Both the position numbers and the translations under genes were made by a program. DNA of 64,000 bases from Anolis carolinensis (Eukaryota): contig NC_085844.1 of assembly GCF_035594765.1 (NCBI RefSeq), forward strand, positions 148,940,107 through 149,004,106. Reading direction: 5' to 3'. Numbering within the stretch: position 1 is the first letter of the stretch; each line of letters opens with the position of its first letter. Positions 37,277 through 48,085 of the stretch are shown piece by piece. The notes below the pieces were generated by a model. It was given only the letters and a program-made list of their open reading frames with translations, was not told the origin of the DNA and made no database searches.

Positions 37277-38943
37277 TGTTACAAGTCCTACCCACGGCCG
37301 GCCCAACACGGAGGCCACGTGAGGCTGCCGCCTCGGGCGCAGGCCCGGGGGGGGGCGCCGTCAGGCGCCCTGGCCCCGCCTCCCACGCTGCGTGAGGGGC
37401 GGGGTCAGGGTGAGCTGCACGGGAGGCTCCCGCGCAGCTCAGCCTCGCCGGCCTGGCCTTTTCCAGGGGGCCAGACTGCAGCAAAGGTCCTTGCAGGCCG
37501 CGATCGCGGCCTGAAAGGACCTTTGCTGCAGTCTGGCCGCCTGGAAAAGGCCAGAGCGCGCTGGAAGGGAGGCAAGGCCCCGTCTGGGCGGAGCCTCGCC
37601 TCCCGGCCTGAGCGCCCTGGCCCCGCCTCTCACGCTGCGTGAGAGGCGGGGCCAGGATGAGTTGCGTGGGGGGCGGGGCCAGGGTTGGCCTCGCCTCCCG
37701 CGCAGCTCAGCTTGCCAGTCTGGCCTTTTCCAGGGGGCCAGACTGCAGCAAAGGTCCTTGCAGGCCGCAACCCTGGCCCTGCCTCCCACGCAGCTCACCC
37801 TGGCCCCGCCTCTCACGCTGCGTGAGAGGCGGGGCCAGGGCGCGGGAGGCGGGGCCCGCCGGCGGGGCGCAGGAGGCGGGGGGGCGCAATTTCCCCTCCC
37901 CGCTTTATATAAAAAAATATGTCCGGCCGGCCCTGGTCCTACCTTATGTCAGAGGTTTGACAGCACAGATTAAAATCTAGCAAGGCATTTTACTCAACAC
38001 TATTATGATATAGAGTGGTATTCCAAAAACCAGGCCAGCTTACACTTGTTATGGTTAACAGCTCTTTATGCAAGGAGCCAGGAAAAAAACCCAAAACTGA
38101 CCTACTAGACACTGTTGCATTAGAGCCCCGAAACACCCTTTCACCACAAACCACACTCTGTCCAGATATTTAAAAATTATATAAAGATAAGCAAATTCAA
38201 AAGAGAGAAAGTTCAAAAGATTATTTTCAAGATAGCTGAGAGTCCAAAATCTTTTCATATACAGTCTCCAGAGTCAATCCACAAAAATATCCATAAACAA
38301 GATAGCATGAATCGAAGGCAGGCAACCTATGCCACACATGAACTAGAAGCAAAAACAAACTTAGAAAGCTGAATGCATGAATTCCAAGAACATTGGACCA
38401 AAAACGGAGAGATGTTCACCTGAATACAACAGTACTCTCACAAACGATTGCACCAGCAGGAACCACTTTAAAAGGCCTCAATCCCTCCCATAACATCATT
38501 TCTCACACACCTGCTTTTCATTTCCTTATCTCTAAGCCTCTGGAAAAGTGGTCTGTCTTTGTTGCATGCTCTGTCTCCGCAATTCCAAGTGCCTTGACCT
38601 AGACAAGCATTCATCTCCCACATTTCTCTCAGCCTGCACTTCTGGCAGGTTCTCATGAGAACTGATATTGCTTTCTCCAGTCTCATGGGAACTGCCAGGA
38701 GCTTCCAAAACAACTCTCACTAGGCCACTTCTATCCTTCTTTGAGCCATCTAAATCTATCCCAGCATCCCTTCCTCATCTTCTGAACACTCAGAATCTGA
38801 CCAGGCTACAACAGACACAATCACCTTTTTGGTGGCATGTACCAGTTCAACACTTCTCTCCCCCCTCCCCTCCAATAGGATGGGGCAATGTGTAAGTCAG
38901 GCAATGCAGAGTGTGGGGTGACAGGTTCCCCTCACCTCCGACA
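37277..38943 (-). mobile_element. Possible solo LTR interrupted by the hAT element
   Basis: TGTTACA...GACA termini with A/C-rich, LTR-like skew on the plus strand; no TSD found. Confidence 0.4.
37293..37935. mobile_element. CpG-rich non-autonomous hAT transposon
   Basis: Perfect 8-bp TSD GTCCTACC (37285-37292 / 37936-37943); TIR CACGGCCGGCC / GGCCGGCCCTG. Confidence 0.93.
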
Positions 38944-39752
38944 AGCACCACTAGGATGTGTAGTGATACTAGCAGCTCATATGATTAGGCTGTAACTGGG
39001 GAAATGACCACAAACTAGGATAGCCATAGTCTCCCACCAGATTAACACAAAGTATCTTAATTTCAATTAGTGGGAGTTACTGAGAGCCAAGATGATGGGA
39101 TTCCCATTCTACCCCACTTCACTCTGCTTTATTCTTTTATTTCGTGTGTGTGAGGTTAATTAAGATATTTCTGTGTTCTGAAATATTTATTTTCAACAGC
39201 TTTGCACATAATATTTTCATATACAGTTAACTGTTGATAGAGCAACATGCTAAGAAAATAATGAATTTCAATTTCTCCTTTTCATTCAAATAAACACAGT
39301 TATAACAAAAACCTTATGACAATGACTATGTGCACATGTATTGCATAAGGCCCTGAAGTTTCTTTAGAATATTGCATTAGGAAAATGTAAATGAGGTGTA
39401 CATGTTTATGAAAATACTCATAAAAGGAGGGGATAGGGAAAGGGAGATGAAAATCAAAACTAACCTCTTGAACACAAGTTTAACCACACTGCATTAGTAC
39501 TTGAAACAAAAACTATTAATTTTTTTAAACTCAGAAATACTGTATTCTCTAGAGCTTAGCGATAGGATTGTCTTTACAGCGGAAAGGTAATGTTACAATT
39601 TTCAGAGCTTCACAGAGAACAAAGAAACCTCCTCTAACCTCTTACTGAAAAGAACTCCAGTCTTCAGCAATGATAAGCAGAGATTTGGAGGTATCTGACA
39701 TGCCAAATCCTATTCTTTTGTAAATCTTGGCTTTATACAACATTTTCAACCA

Positions 39753-40500
39753 TGTTATATTAGATTTCTCGAAGGATAATCAATAGGCATGATGTATAAC
39801 TGAAAGCACTGTTCAAAGCAAATCTCTTCCACAAGCCAGAAACAAAAGCTCAGGTTTTGTTGCTAGAAATCTACTCTGAACTGTTAGGGTGGGGAAGGCA
39901 AGAGCCGCCAGGGAGCAAATTAAAAAAGCCCGTTCTGACCATGGCTCTCTTTGCTGAAAGCAAAAGTCACCCTGAGCCTGCTGTAACTTATTCCAGCTGG
40001 CGATGGTCCCCGAGGAATCCTGTTGCAAATTGGGAATGCTTAAGCATGGAAGCTACGTGGAGAGAATTCCTACATGGTTACAGAGTGGGAGGCATTCTGG
40101 GTTCTTGGCACCACCGGATTAGTGAGAAGTGAGGTGCGGATCCTCCAGAGGATAAGACTCAACATTCAGATCATAAGGCTATGACCCAAACTCTAAATCT
40201 GTTTAATTGGTATGACATTTTCAAAGACATTAATAAACTTGCTAATAGGGAAGCTGTGAGGAAACAAGGATCTGCCTTGTGCAAAGTCAAACCCTTGTCT
40301 GAGCTGGAGATTTCCCATGGAATGCTGGAAGGCTTGGCTCTAGCATAGCTGGGATTCTGTCCCTTCTTGTCCATGCTGCATGTCATTCAAACCTTATCAC
40401 AAATACCTTCTAAAATGGACTGTATTTTGTCACGCTCCTAAATTTGTGTAATAAAAAGGCTTTAAGCTTTCCTGAACTCTGGGGGTGGGGGAAAGCTTTA
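39753..40500 (+). mobile_element. Possible LTR remnant
   Basis: TGTTAT start, raised GC and CpG, AATAAA near 40449; boundaries uncertain. Confidence 0.3.
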
Positions 40501-40649
40501 AATCAGAACCCCACCCAAGTCTTCTGCAATTCCTCCTTCTCTCAGGTTTGCTTTAATATTTTTGGTTAAGTTTGCAGGCAGTTACTCTAAATTTTGGAAC
40601 TCCATAAACCTCAGAATTCCTGTAGGGATAAATACAGCCCAAAAAAGCC

Positions 40650-42560
40650 TCAGTTTTCAGTTCCAACATTATTGGTTTTGTACACTCCTGCTTCTTGTGG
40701 ACTCTTGTTTGCAAGAATATCATGGGGAAACCTGTCATAGGGTTTACTGAAATCAAGATATGCTATAACTACAGTACCTGTATAAAAAAGATACAATTAT
40801 CTTGGCATGACTTGTTTTTGAGAAACCCATGTTGCCTTTTAGTGATCACAACATTCACAATTTCTATGCAAGTGCTTACAATCTATTTAATGAGCGGCTT
40901 CAATATCTTTCCTGGGATTGAAATCAGGCTGATTGGGCAATAATGGCATGCATTCAGGTAGAAGCTTGTTCCGTTTCATTTCCGGCTTTCGTTGTGGGGC
41001 TTGATCCCTTTCCAGAAAGCCGCCTGAAATTGAGGGGTGTGTGTTTTCGATTGTTTAGTTTTGGGGACTGAAAATTAGCCCATTATTTGGGGGGGGGGGG
41101 CTTCCCACCCACTGGCTCCCCTTCCGGAGGCGCTCAGCTGTCTGGCAGGCACTGCGCTTCTTCTCTTCCTTCTTCCTTACCTCATGCCTGCAATGCCCTG
41201 CATTCACTCACGGGGAGTGTGGTGGGCAGTGGGGTGTGTGTGTGTTTGTGATGTGTGTGACTGTGCAGATGCTCATCTGCAGGTAGGCACTAAGAGGCAC
41301 ACACAAGCTTTCCAGGCCTGTCTGCACACCCGACACCAAACACACACACACACTCTCCTTGGAAAGAGAGTGTGTATGTGGCTGGGTGCAGACAGGCCTG
41401 GAAAACACACACACGCCATTCAGTGCCTGCCTGCAGCCGAGTGCCAGCACAGTCACACACCCCCACACACATGCCTGGAAAGGAGGAAAGAGAGGTGGTT
41501 CCTTCCGCCCTGATGCTGACATCCGGATGTGGGGCTGCACGACCGTGACTCCCATGTGGGGCATTGTGGGCACAAGGGAGGGAGGGAGAACAAAGAGAAG
41601 TGTGCGCATGAAAGGAGGCTTTTGTGTTGAGCTGAGTTTCATGTGAGGAGGGGGCTTCCTGTTTTGTGCTTCTGAATAAACGGAAGACACAAAAGACACA
41701 GAAGAAATGGTAAGAATGAATTTTGTGCACACGTCTATTGGGCAGTAATTGTTTGGGTCCTCTCTTCCCCCACTTTTTTGAAGATAGGGACAACATTTGC
41801 CCTTCTCCAAACTACTGGGAATCCTCCTGTTTTCCAGGAATTCTCAAAGATGATTGTCATTGGTTCTGAAATTACTTCTACCAGTTCTTTTAATACACTT
41901 GGATGTAATTCATCTGGCCCAGGAGACTTGAATTCATTTAGAATAGACAGGTATTGCTGTAGTGCCTCTTTATCTGTACTGTGCTGCATTTCCCCAAATG
42001 CATCATCTGTTCCATTTTCCACAGGCCGAACACAGGTTTCTTTTTGGGAGAAAGTAGGCGTTGAGCAGTTGTGTTCCCTTTTAGCACTTTGCCATCTTCT
42101 GGTGGCCCTAACCTTCCCTTGTTCTTTCTTGTGCCACAAGCATCACCAAAAAACATTTTTATTATTTTTGAACTACCCAGCAAGCCTTAGTTAAGCTTTT
42201 CTGACATTCTATCTACATACACTGGCTAATCATTTGAATTCTTCTTGGGTAATTTTCACATTTTCCATTTCTTCCACATTTCCCTTGTAAATGATTTTTC
42301 AGTTGCAAGTTCTTTAGACATCCATCCTAGTTTCTTTAAACACCTTCCACTTTTCCTTCTAATTTGAACTGTTTGAAATTATGCCTTCAATATTTTCCTT
42401 GCAAGAAGCTCTCATATATCTCGAACTTCCTTCTCTTTGTGTATTCCTGACTACAAGATCACAACTAATCTTAAGTTGATTGAATTCAGCTTTCCTGAAG
42501 TCAGACATACATCTAGAATGACAGCTTTCAGAAAGTCTAGATAATGCCAACCATCATGTT
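40650..42560 (-). mobile_element. Old CR1 RT fragment split by an insertion (40945-41736)
   Basis: Minus strand FKSPGPDELHPSVLKEL, WRRANVVPIFKK, DPNNYCPI|ISLISIPG, QHGFLKNKSCQ. Confidence 0.85.
40945..41736. mobile_element. Unclassified non-autonomous element with CA/TG-rich internal inverted repeats
   Basis: Interrupts CR1; flanked by ATTGGGCA(A/G)TAAT; internal inverted repeat TTCCAGGCCTGTCTGCAC / GTGCAGACAGGCCTGGAA. Confidence 0.6.
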
Positions 42561-42776
42561 ATAGCCCTAGAGTAGCCAGAGGGTTAAACTAGACAATGTG
42601 CTTAGCATGTAATAAGAAGTGAGGCTTCTTTAAATAGTGAAATGTGTTTGTTTTTCTTAACATGTACTTTCTTTTGCTCTATATCTTGCAGTTCAATATG
42701 TTCTGTATTGTGATTAACTGTTAAAAGATAAACCTGGGTTTAATTTGCAAGTCTGACTTCTGAGGCATGAAACTCT

Positions 42777-42927
42777 GGCCCTTTCTACATTGCCATATAC
42801 GGTAATCCAGATTCTCAAAACAGATCATCCACATTATCTGCATTGAACTGGATTATGAGTCTACACTGACATATAATCCAGTTCAACACAGATAATCTAG
42901 ATTTTATATGGCAGTGTAGATGAGGCC
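42777..42927. mobile_element. Palindromic MITE (GGCC..CTACACTGCCATATA ends)
   Basis: Terminal inverted repeats; the same module is carried inside Helitrons 1 and 3. Confidence 0.8.
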
Positions 42928-43580
42928 TACAAGGAAGTCCTGTTGCTGGAAGGGAAAATATGCTTATCACTGGAAATGTGCAATAATTGTAATGTTAGAT
43001 CTTAAAGACTATTTTACGTATGTTTTCTTTCAGTAACAAATAAATAGTTTCTAGGTAAAACAACATCTTTAACCCACCACATGTTTCCTCAGCTAGAAAG
43101 ACTTAAGGAGATGCTAAAATGCTGGCAGATCTCCTCTATAAGAAGCAAAGCATCGCAGATTATATTCTAACAGTGGCATGGCTATCATACTGGCAGAAAT
43201 TTCATGCAAAAAACACTCTCTGGTACTTTCAAATGGCTTCCCAGACATCTAGGTGCATATAAAAATTAAGCATAAATATTGCAACAATAAAACTTTAGTC
43301 CTGATTTAAAATAAGGCAGAAATTAAAACCAAATAAATAATAAGAATCTATAATGGACTATTACTGGGTGTAATCAAAATGCATTATTTTGCAGTAATAA
43401 ATTATTTGATTGATCAGCAAACTATGAGTTTCTGAAATGACATCACAGCATTGTCTTACCATATCAGCACACCATATGATGAGCCAACTCAAGAGGAGTT
43501 TTTCAGCATAGGAGAAGTCCTGTTATTAATCTGGCAAAGGGAAAAGTTAGGAATCTGACATAGTTCAGGTTGTGAGATTA

Positions 43581-44080
43581 GGCCGGGCTGTGGGCCGGAC
43601 GGTGGTGCAGGCTGGTTAGCAGCCTGCTGCAATAAATCACTCTGACCAAGAGGTCATGAGTTCGAGGCCAGTCCATGTCGGGGTGAGCTCCTGACAATTA
43701 AAAATAAAATATAGCCCCTGATCGTTGTTGACCTATGCAACCCGAAAGATAGTTGCATCTATCAAGTAGGAAATTTAGGTACCACTTATATGTGGGAGGC
43801 TAATTTACGACACCATAAAAATCATCCAGCCGCCGTTGGAATGAGGAAGTGCCGTCGCAGTAGATGATGAAGCAGCTGCTCCCCCTGTGGCCGGAATCAA
43901 GTATACCCTCAGGAAGCTGGAAGCTGGAGACAGTTTAAATTGCCTCTGCGTCTGTCTCTGTTCTATGTTATATGGCATTGAATGTTTGCCTTATATGTGT
44001 ACAATGTGATCTGCCCCAAGTCCCCTTCGGGGTGAGAAGGGCGGAATATAAATACTGTAAATAAATGAATAAATAATAAA
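43581..44080 (+). mobile_element. Full-length tRNA-derived SINE with an L2-type 3' tail
   Basis: Box A/B head (GAGTTCGAGGCC), Sauria-like core, tail GCCCC..GTCCCCTTCGGGGTGAGAAGGGCGG + (TAAA)n. Confidence 0.8.
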
Positions 44081-44454
44081 ATTTGACACATTTGCTTAAT
44101 AGTAGTACAGTAGCAGTGTTCTTTTATATCCTGCTGTGAATGTGTATGCTGAAATCTGGTATAAAACTCTGTAAGTAAGTAAGTAAGTAAGTAAATAATA
44201 ACAAAATAAAAAGCCCTCTACAAAAGTTTCACTTTTGTAGATTTGATCAATGTGTTCTTACTAGGAATTTCTAGATTCTCCAGAACAACAGAACTTGACC
44301 ATGACGTTACACTGGAGGACTTAGAAATTGCTAGTAAATCTTTGCCTCTTTCTTCTGCAGAGGTGTGAATTTTTGCAAGTTCTTTTAAATGATTTACTCT
44401 CTCTCTCCCTCTTTCTGCATGGTCCAGTAAGAAAAAGATGTTTCTGTAACATAC

Positions 44455-44634
44455 CTTCCCCACTAAGTCAGCAACTGAGGGCACAGGTTTTCCTTTCTGG
44501 TGTCTTATAGTCGGTGGACTCTGTCCATCCCAGTCTTGAAGTTCTTCTATGCTCTTCAGATAAAGCAAAGCCTTCAGCCCAGTGCAGTAGTCTTCGATCA
44601 CAGTAAAGTCTTGATTCTGTATTGCACTGCATAC
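44455..44634 (-). CDS. DPYD: Dihydropyrimidine dehydrogenase coding exon (equivalent to human exon 20)
   Basis: Translates [60 protein letters not shown]. Acceptor ATATAG|GTATGC, donor AAG|GTATGT, 180 nt, phase 0-0, in frame with the 61400-61542 exon. Confidence 0.97.
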
Positions 44635-45424
44635 CTATATAAGACATACAATCTCTATATATAAAAGGATAAAAACATTTCGGCCTAGGACAAAACAACA
44701 AAACTACACATCCCAGAAACAATAAACTTGGCAACACAACCCCTCATCCATGCCTCTACGTTCATACAACAAAAAGAAAAGAAAAATAAAGTCCTAATTA
44801 GAGGGAGAGGAATAATTGTTTTAGCCTCTTCCCCACTGCCTATAAAATACAGATTATCTTATTTGAACTGGATTATATGGCAGTGTAGACTCAAGGCACT
44901 TCCACACAGCTATATTACCCACTTATAATCTTATATTATCTGCTTTGAACGGGATTATCTTGAGTTCACACTGCCAAATAATTCACTTCAGTGTACATTT
45001 TATACAGCTGTGTAGAAGGCCCCTCATATAATCCAGTTCTAAGCAGATAATATAAGATTATAAATATACAGTAGAGTCTCACTTATCCAACATAAACAGG
45101 CCGGCAGAATGTTGGATAAGTTGGATTATAAGAAGGGATTCAGGAAAAGCCGATTAAACATCAAATTAGGTAATGATTATACAAATTAAGCACCAAACAT
45201 CATGTTATACAACAAATTTGACAGTAAAAGTAGTTCAATGCTCAGTAATGCTATGTTGTAATTACTGTATTTACAAATTTAGCACCAAAATATCACAATG
45301 AATTTAAAACATTGACTACAAAAACATTGACTACTAAAAGGCAGACTGCGTTGGATAATCCAGAACACTGTATAAGCGAATGTTGGATAAGTGAGATTCT
45401 ACTGTAATATGAAATAATTACTGT

Positions 45425-46148
45425 GGTAATCCAGTCCAACCCAATTCTGCCAGGGATTCACGCCCAACAGATGGCCACCCAGCCTCTCAATAATAATACA
45501 GTAGAGTCTCACTTATCCAACACTCACTTATCCAATGTTCTGGATTATCCAACGCATTTTTGTAGTCAATGTTTTCAATATATCATGATATTTTGGTGCT
45601 AAATTCGTAAATACAGACAGACAGTTAAAGACACCCCTAAAGGCCATCCAGTCCAACCCAACTCTGCCATTGGACGATACAATCCAAGCACTCCCAACAG
45701 ATGGGCAGCCAGCCTCTCAATAAGAATAAGAATAAAAATATCATACAATCCTAAGGTTAGCAGATACCCCTAAGGATCATCCAGTTCAACTTCCTTATAT
45801 CATGCAGGAGGACACAATCCAACCACTCCTGACAGATGGCCATCCAATATCTGCACAATAATAATACACATCGAATCATAGCACCAGACAGTTAGGAGAC
45901 ACCCCTAAAAGCCATCCAGTCCAACCCAATTCTGCCATGCAGGACACAATCCAAGCAGATGGCCACCCAGCCTCTCAATACTAGTACTAATAATAATAAT
46001 AACAACAACAACAACAACATACAGTCCTAAGATTTAGAGTGACCCCTAAGGATCATCCAGCTCAACTTCCTTCTACCATGCAAGAGGACACAATCCAAGC
46101 ACTCCTGACAGATGGCCATCCAGCCTCTACATAATAATGATGATGAAG

Positions 46149-46196
<48 letters not shown>

Positions 46197-46290
46197 GAAG
46201 CATAGAATCCAAGAGTTTGGAGAGACCCCTAAGGGCCATCTGGCCCAACCCTTTCTACTATGCAGCAGGACACAATCCAAGCATTCACAA
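45425..46290 (-). repeat. About 6 tandem units derived from a CR1-like 3'UTR inside Helitron 3
   Basis: GGCCATCCAGTCCAACCC...CAGATGGCCA.CCAGCCTCT (reverse complement of the CR1 tail) at ~45429, 45645, 45779, 45913, 46053 and 46237. Confidence 0.8.
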
Positions 46291-46293
46291 CAC

Positions 46294-46559
46294 TTTTTTT
46301 TTTCATGTCAGGAGCAACCGGAGTTGCTTCTGGAGTGAGAGAATTGGCCGTCTGCAAGGACGTTGCCCAGGGGACGCCCGGATGTTTTTTGATGTTTTTA
46401 CCATCCTTGTGGGAAGCTTCTCTCATGTCCCCGCATGGAGCTGGAGCTGATAGAGGGAGCTCATCCACACTCTCCCCAGGTGGGATTCGAACCTGGCAGC
46501 TTTCAGGTCAGCAACCCAACCTTCAAGTCACTTAGTCCACTACGCCATCTGGGGGCTCC
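46294..46559 (-). mobile_element. AnolisSINE2-like SINE inside Helitron 3
   Basis: Reverse-complement match to 3897-4159. Confidence 0.85.
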
Positions 46560-46966
46560 AGTTAGGGTTAGGGTTATGGATAACGTATAAATACTATACA
46601 ATACTACACAGGGACATAGAGCCCCTCTACCCTCACCACTACAGTACACAAACAACCAAATGCATACTAAACATAAAGACAACCATACAACAGACATTCA
46701 ATACCACCACTACCTCAACAATTTCTCACCAACACCACCAGACAATGCCACAGCAATGCGTGGCCAGGCACAGCTAGTGAATTATTATAAAATGAGAGGC
46801 AGAAGGGTGATCAAAGATGACAGTTGCTCAGAACACTGGTTTTTCAATCTCCCCTCACAATGGTTTAACTGTTGTAAACTTTCAGTTAACTTATCTATTA
46901 ATTTGTTATATTTTTAGACTTTCTGGGTCACCCACAAAGTACAACTCAAATCATGTAGCCATAGAC

Positions 46967-47101
46967 CAGTGGTTCTCAACCTGTGGGTCCTCAGGTGTTT
47001 TGGCCTATAACTCCCAGAACTCCCAGCCAGTTTACTAGCTGTTAGGATTTCTGGGAGTTGAAGGCCAAAACATCTCGGGACCCACTGATTGATAACCACT
47101 G
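46967..47101. mobile_element. hAT MITE
   Basis: TIR CAGTGGTTCTCAA / TTGATAACCACTG; 8-bp TSD CCATAGAC / CAATAGAC; palindromic body. Confidence 0.9.
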
Positions 47102-47804
47102 CAATAGACTGTCAAACTCTTTTTTAAAAAACCCACAAACCCCCGCTACAAAATAAAACCATCAACAGAATTTAGGACTATAAAGCATAGATACAAAGAG
47201 ACAAAATACTAAAAACTCTGGGGAAAAGGGGGAGGGGGGAAGATCCCACTAGAAGGATCATAATGTAGTCATCAAATACTATTCTCCCGGGAAATCAATC
47301 AGTATTGGTAAGGAAATCAAAACAAACCAGAGGATTGTGTCATTCTATACATTTTGAAAAGAGAGGCATATTACTAATATGACAGCCAGTCCAGTCATCA
47401 AGATTCCATAGGTTCAAGGTCAAGCATTTAAATGTCCTGATTTTTTATCAGTTTTATTCCTGTACAGCTGCACAATAATGCATGCACTTAGTCCCTTATA
47501 TTTACGTTCCAGAGGACAGATATTACAAACATTTTTTGAATTGGGGCATGACATAATTGTACCTTTCTTGAATAGAAAACTTGAAGGTCAGCCCCAGCTA
47601 TAACATTAGAGACTCCTGCCACTTACTATTTCCAGTTACTGTCCTGCAGCCTATTCAGATCTTAAATGGGAAATGAAAAATTAGATTAAGCCCTTGAAAC
47701 TGGGAAAATAACTGTATAATGCATCTGGATCTGAGGGAATGTATTATAGAAGCGGATGATGTTGCCATGGAATGGGATGAGGGAATAATAAGAGCATAAA
47801 ATAT

Positions 47805-48085
47805 GTTTTTTTATCTTGTCAGATGCAATTTGAGAACATACTGCAAGTCACTTCTAGTGTGAGAAAATTGGCCATCCACAGATATGTTTCCCAGGGGACG
47901 ACCAGATGTGCTGCCATCCTGTTGGGAGGTTTCTCTTATGTTCCTGCAAGCTAGAGCTGACAGATGGGAGTTCACCCTGCCTTGCGGATTCGAACAGGCA
48001 ACCTTCAGGTCAGCAACCCAACCTTCAAGTCAGTAGTCCTGCATACATAAGTGTTTGTGTATGGTTTAACACTGGTTTAACACTG
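47805..48085 (-). mobile_element. AnolisSINE2-like SINE (diverged)
   Basis: Reverse-complement match to the 3897 and 49004 copies. Confidence 0.8.

Larger units (their letters stand above)
1..44454 (-). other. DPYD: DPYD intron 20 (partial, >44 kb)
   Basis: Begins at the GT donor at 44454. The next expected exon (KLPSFGPYL-like) was not found in the window. Confidence 0.8.
44652..46777 (+). mobile_element. Composite non-autonomous Helitron, copy 3
   Basis: A|TCTCTATATATAAAAG ... GCCACAGCAATGCGTGGC-CAGGCACAG-CTAG|T; shares MITE cargo with copies 1 and 2. Confidence 0.9.

Noticed and set aside
37241-37980. Multiple overlapping 100+ aa ORFs
   Set aside because: Artefact of a GC-rich palindromic hAT MITE; no transposase or other recognisable domain.
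41184-41810. ORFs of 100-200 aa on both strands
   Set aside because: Low-complexity CA/TG repeats inside a non-autonomous insert, partly fused to CR1 sequence.
44218-44454. ORF-track extension of exon 20 (VCYRNIFF...)
   Set aside because: Read-through past the GT donor into the intron. The MHFPNFFA start of the 61370-61567 ORF is likewise intronic.
46561-46580. GTTAGGGTTAGGGTTA telomere-like repeat next to a SINE
   Set aside because: Only ~2.5 units; too short to infer telomerase-mediated repair.
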